From Microthyrium microscopicum (Eukaryota), in NCBI GenBank assembly GCA_010405405.1, contig MU004241.1:744001-792162 (forward strand): DNA of 48,162 nt, read 5' to 3'. The translations under genes and the position numbers were made by a program. The notes below the pieces were generated by a model. It saw only the letters and a program-made list of their open reading frames with translations, did not search any database and was not told the origin of the DNA. Below, piece by piece: positions 45,300-48,162 of the stretch. Positions within the stretch are counted from its first letter, which is position 1. Every line of letters starts with the position of its first letter.

Positions 45300-48162
45300 T
45301 AAGTAATAGCTAGCGCTATAGAGACAAATAAAGATTCATAATAGATAGCTATTATTACTATAGAGGCTACCTATATTAAAAATAAGGCAATATAGAAACA
45401 AAAAGATGACCTAAAACTACTACTTATAAAAGTATAGAGAGGAATTAAAGTACTATTAAGAAGACTTATATCTAAAAAAGAGGATCTAATACGACTATTC
45501 CTTAACTAACTAATAGCTAATTTTATATAACACTACGCGTCCTTTATTATAGTATAAGACTATATTAAATAACTAGTATTCTACCTAGCTTTAACTATAA
45601 ATAAGGCCCCTCTACTAACACGCCTTAAGGCATATCTCAACCAAAAACTTAATATAATTATAAAGTAAATTATTAAGATTAAAATAACCCCTAACTTCTA
45701 AGCAAAGGTTATAAAAAGACCTAACCTACTAATCCTTAACTAAAAAGCCTTCTTTATAAGCCTAATAATTTAAATTAATATTATAAAAGTAGTTAAAAAC
45801 ATATTAAAGAAAGATAAGTAAAATAAGGTAAAGCTATTTAAAAAGATTAAGAAAATTATCCTATAGGTAATAGCTATTAGGCTACTACCTAGTAAAAATA
45901 TTAATATTATAGTTAATATATAATTAGATAAGGACTATATTTAAAATAGGCTATACTAGGTAGGCTTAAATAAAGTCTAAGTCCTATAATAAGACTATTT
46001 AGTAGAGATCTTAAGAGCTTTACTTAAACTAAATATAGCCTATAGTAAGAATATAAATAATAGTAAACTAATTAAAGAACTAGTTAATAGAAACAAGATA
46101 AGGTTTAAATACCTAGAGATAGAAATAGTCTAGTAACTTTATAAAGGCGTAGAGTATAAATAAGCAAAAGAAGAACTAAAAAAGCATAAGAAAGTATATA
46201 CTAAGGGATTACTTATGCTATACTACTTAATAATAGTAATAAGAGATAAAGTTATTTAGAAAAAGTTTATTATTAGAGTAAAGAAGCTCTTTACTAAATT
46301 ATATAACCTAAAATATACTACTAAATAGTACTTCTACTACTAAGTCTAAGACTATATATAAATAGCTTATACTTAGTATAAACTAAACTATAGTAAATAT
46401 ATAAGTAATTATAATACTAGGAACTATACTAGAATAAGCTTAGTCTAATACTCTAACTATAAAGATAATAAAAGAAGAAGTAAGAAAGAGAAAGAATAAG
46501 GCTAGAGATATTACATATAGTAGAAAAATATATATAAAGTATACTAAACTTATTTTAAGAGTATAAAAGGATTCTAGGTAGTAAATAAAAGATATATAGA
46601 ATAGATAAGAGCTATAATACTTACCTAAATTATACTAATCTAGCTTATAAACAATAATAGATATATTATAGTAAATAATATAAAAAAAAGAAAAGTAGAG
46701 ACTAAGAACCTTAAAAGACTATTAGCATTATAAGAGGTAAAGGATAAAATATATAATAACCTAGTCTAAGGTACTTAGAGATTAATTATAAGTATATTTA
46801 ACTTTAATAAAGGTAATAATAGCTTATAAACTATAAGAAATAACGCTCTAGAAGACTAATAAAGAAATAACTATAAGAAAGTAAGATAAGCTATAAATAA
46901 CTCTAAGCTAACCTCTAGCAATAAAATAAGCAAAATCTAAATAATAAACTTAAATAAATAGTATTAATATTATATAATATAACTATAAGAGATTAAATAA
47001 GAGAGAAGTAAAGCTATTCTTTAATTTACTAAATAATACTAAGTAACTAATTATAGCAATCTAAGACCCTAAAGGAATTATAAAGCTAGGAGAAATATAC
47101 TACCTTTTTAGCTATACTTTAGCACATAATTAAGATAATTAATTAAGAGTATACTTTATAATAAGTAAGGTACTTAATATAAAGAATTAGTAAGTAAGAT
47201 ATTATAACTAATTTATCTTAATACTACGCCTCTAGTATAGGTATATAATACTAATAATTATTAATATATATAGCAAAGGCCTAATAGTAAGTAACTATAA
47301 CTATATTATTAAATGCCTAATACTAATAAAGGTAATTAATAAGGTAGAAAAAGAAATCCTATTAGTAAGAAACTTTAACTACTACTATTATTAATAAAGA
47401 GGCATAGTATTAGCTACTAAACCCTAAGTAAATACCTTACTTTATAATATAATCTAGTAAGGACTCTACTTAAGTATACTAGAAGAAGAGCTAACCTATA
47501 AGTTATATAAAGGAAAAAGAGTAAAAGTAGTAAAGATAATAATTAACCTTACGTTTATATTCTAATTCCTTTAAAAAAGACTAGAGTTCTATAGCCTAGT
47601 TAATACCTAAGTACTAATAAAAGATTATATCCTAGTACTAATCTAGCTTACCTTAAGATAAGAAAAGTATATACTAAAAGTATAATATAATATATAAAAA
47701 CTAGATATAAAATAATTTATTAAATATATAAATAATAGCTTATAAAATACTAAAGATATATTAATAGAGACCCTATATAAGGTAATAATAAAAGTACTAA
47801 AGATTTACTACCTAAAAGTAAAACCCTTAAAGTAAGCTTTATATAAGTAATTACTTATAACTACTTTACTAATATAAAGGAAGCGCTACGTAAAAAGAAG
47901 ATACTTCTAAATAAAGAATAACTAAGATAAGTATATATATAAATTAGTTATAGCCTAACTAAGGAAATCTCTACGCTAGAATAAAGTAATATTTTAGCAA
48001 ACCTTTATAGAAGAGATTATAAAGGATTATAAACACTATAAAAACTAAGGCTTATAAAGAATAAGTAAGTAGATAAAAGCTAAAGTAAGTAAATTAAAGA
48101 AAGACTTATACCTACTAGCACTTAGATAAATAACTAGTAATAACTATACCTATAATAACTAA
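45300..48162 (+). mobile_element. RIP-inactivated non-LTR retrotransposon (Tad1-like LINE): ORF1 gag with CCHC knuckles and ORF2 AP-endonuclease; runs off the window; 5' end approximate
   Basis: Manually reversing RIP at 46323-46430 gives KQCFRCQVWGH...AC...CGKCAGDHDTRNC. ORF2 motifs: ILQYNC...IIAIQ(E)P (~46966-47070), LVGDFNCHH (~47360-47390), IDLTF (~47540), DHIPV (~47620). Confidence 0.85.

Larger units (their letters stand above)
36020..48162. other. AT-rich RIP-mutated repeat block (heterochromatin-like)
   Basis: Abrupt GC drop after ~36,020-36,200; CpA/TpG nearly absent, TpA very abundant; no real ORFs in 12 kb; stops are almost all TAA/TAG. Confidence 0.93.

Noticed and set aside
36020..48162. 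AT-rich block as a mitochondrial insertion (NUMT)
   Set aside because: No mitochondrial genes; CpA/TpG depletion and the LINE relic indicate RIP.

Overview
This is a filamentous ascomycete (Pezizomycotina) genomic window with two compartments. (1) Bases ~1-36,020 are gene-dense and of ordinary GC content, with short GT-AG introns. Conserved genes are GRR1 (F-box/LRR), a RAD51-paralog-like gene, complex I subunit NDUFS5, RCF1 and RBA50/RPAP1. Between them lies an accessory-looking block: two MFS transporters, two Zn2Cys6 proteins (a third follows RCF1), a secreted serine beta-lactamase-family protein, a dienelactone hydrolase, HSP20/30 with heat-shock elements, a bacterial-like MetX-family hydrolase, a HET-6-like pseudogene and an SGNH hydrolase. 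(2) Bases ~36,020-48,162 are extremely AT-rich and RIP-mutated, with a recognisable Tad1-like LINE and unidentified intron-containing gene relics. Highlights: a family of three ~210-235 bp miniature inverted-repeat elements (two with CAAC...GTTG ends and exact 6-bp target-site duplications, all with an internal CCATC-n6-GATGG hairpin in each TIR); an Rba50 with seven tandem R[KR]VSF (PP1 RVxF-type) repeats; a horizontal-transfer candidate hydrolase; and a possibly dual-targeted small HSP. All calls were made by eye; no database searches were run.
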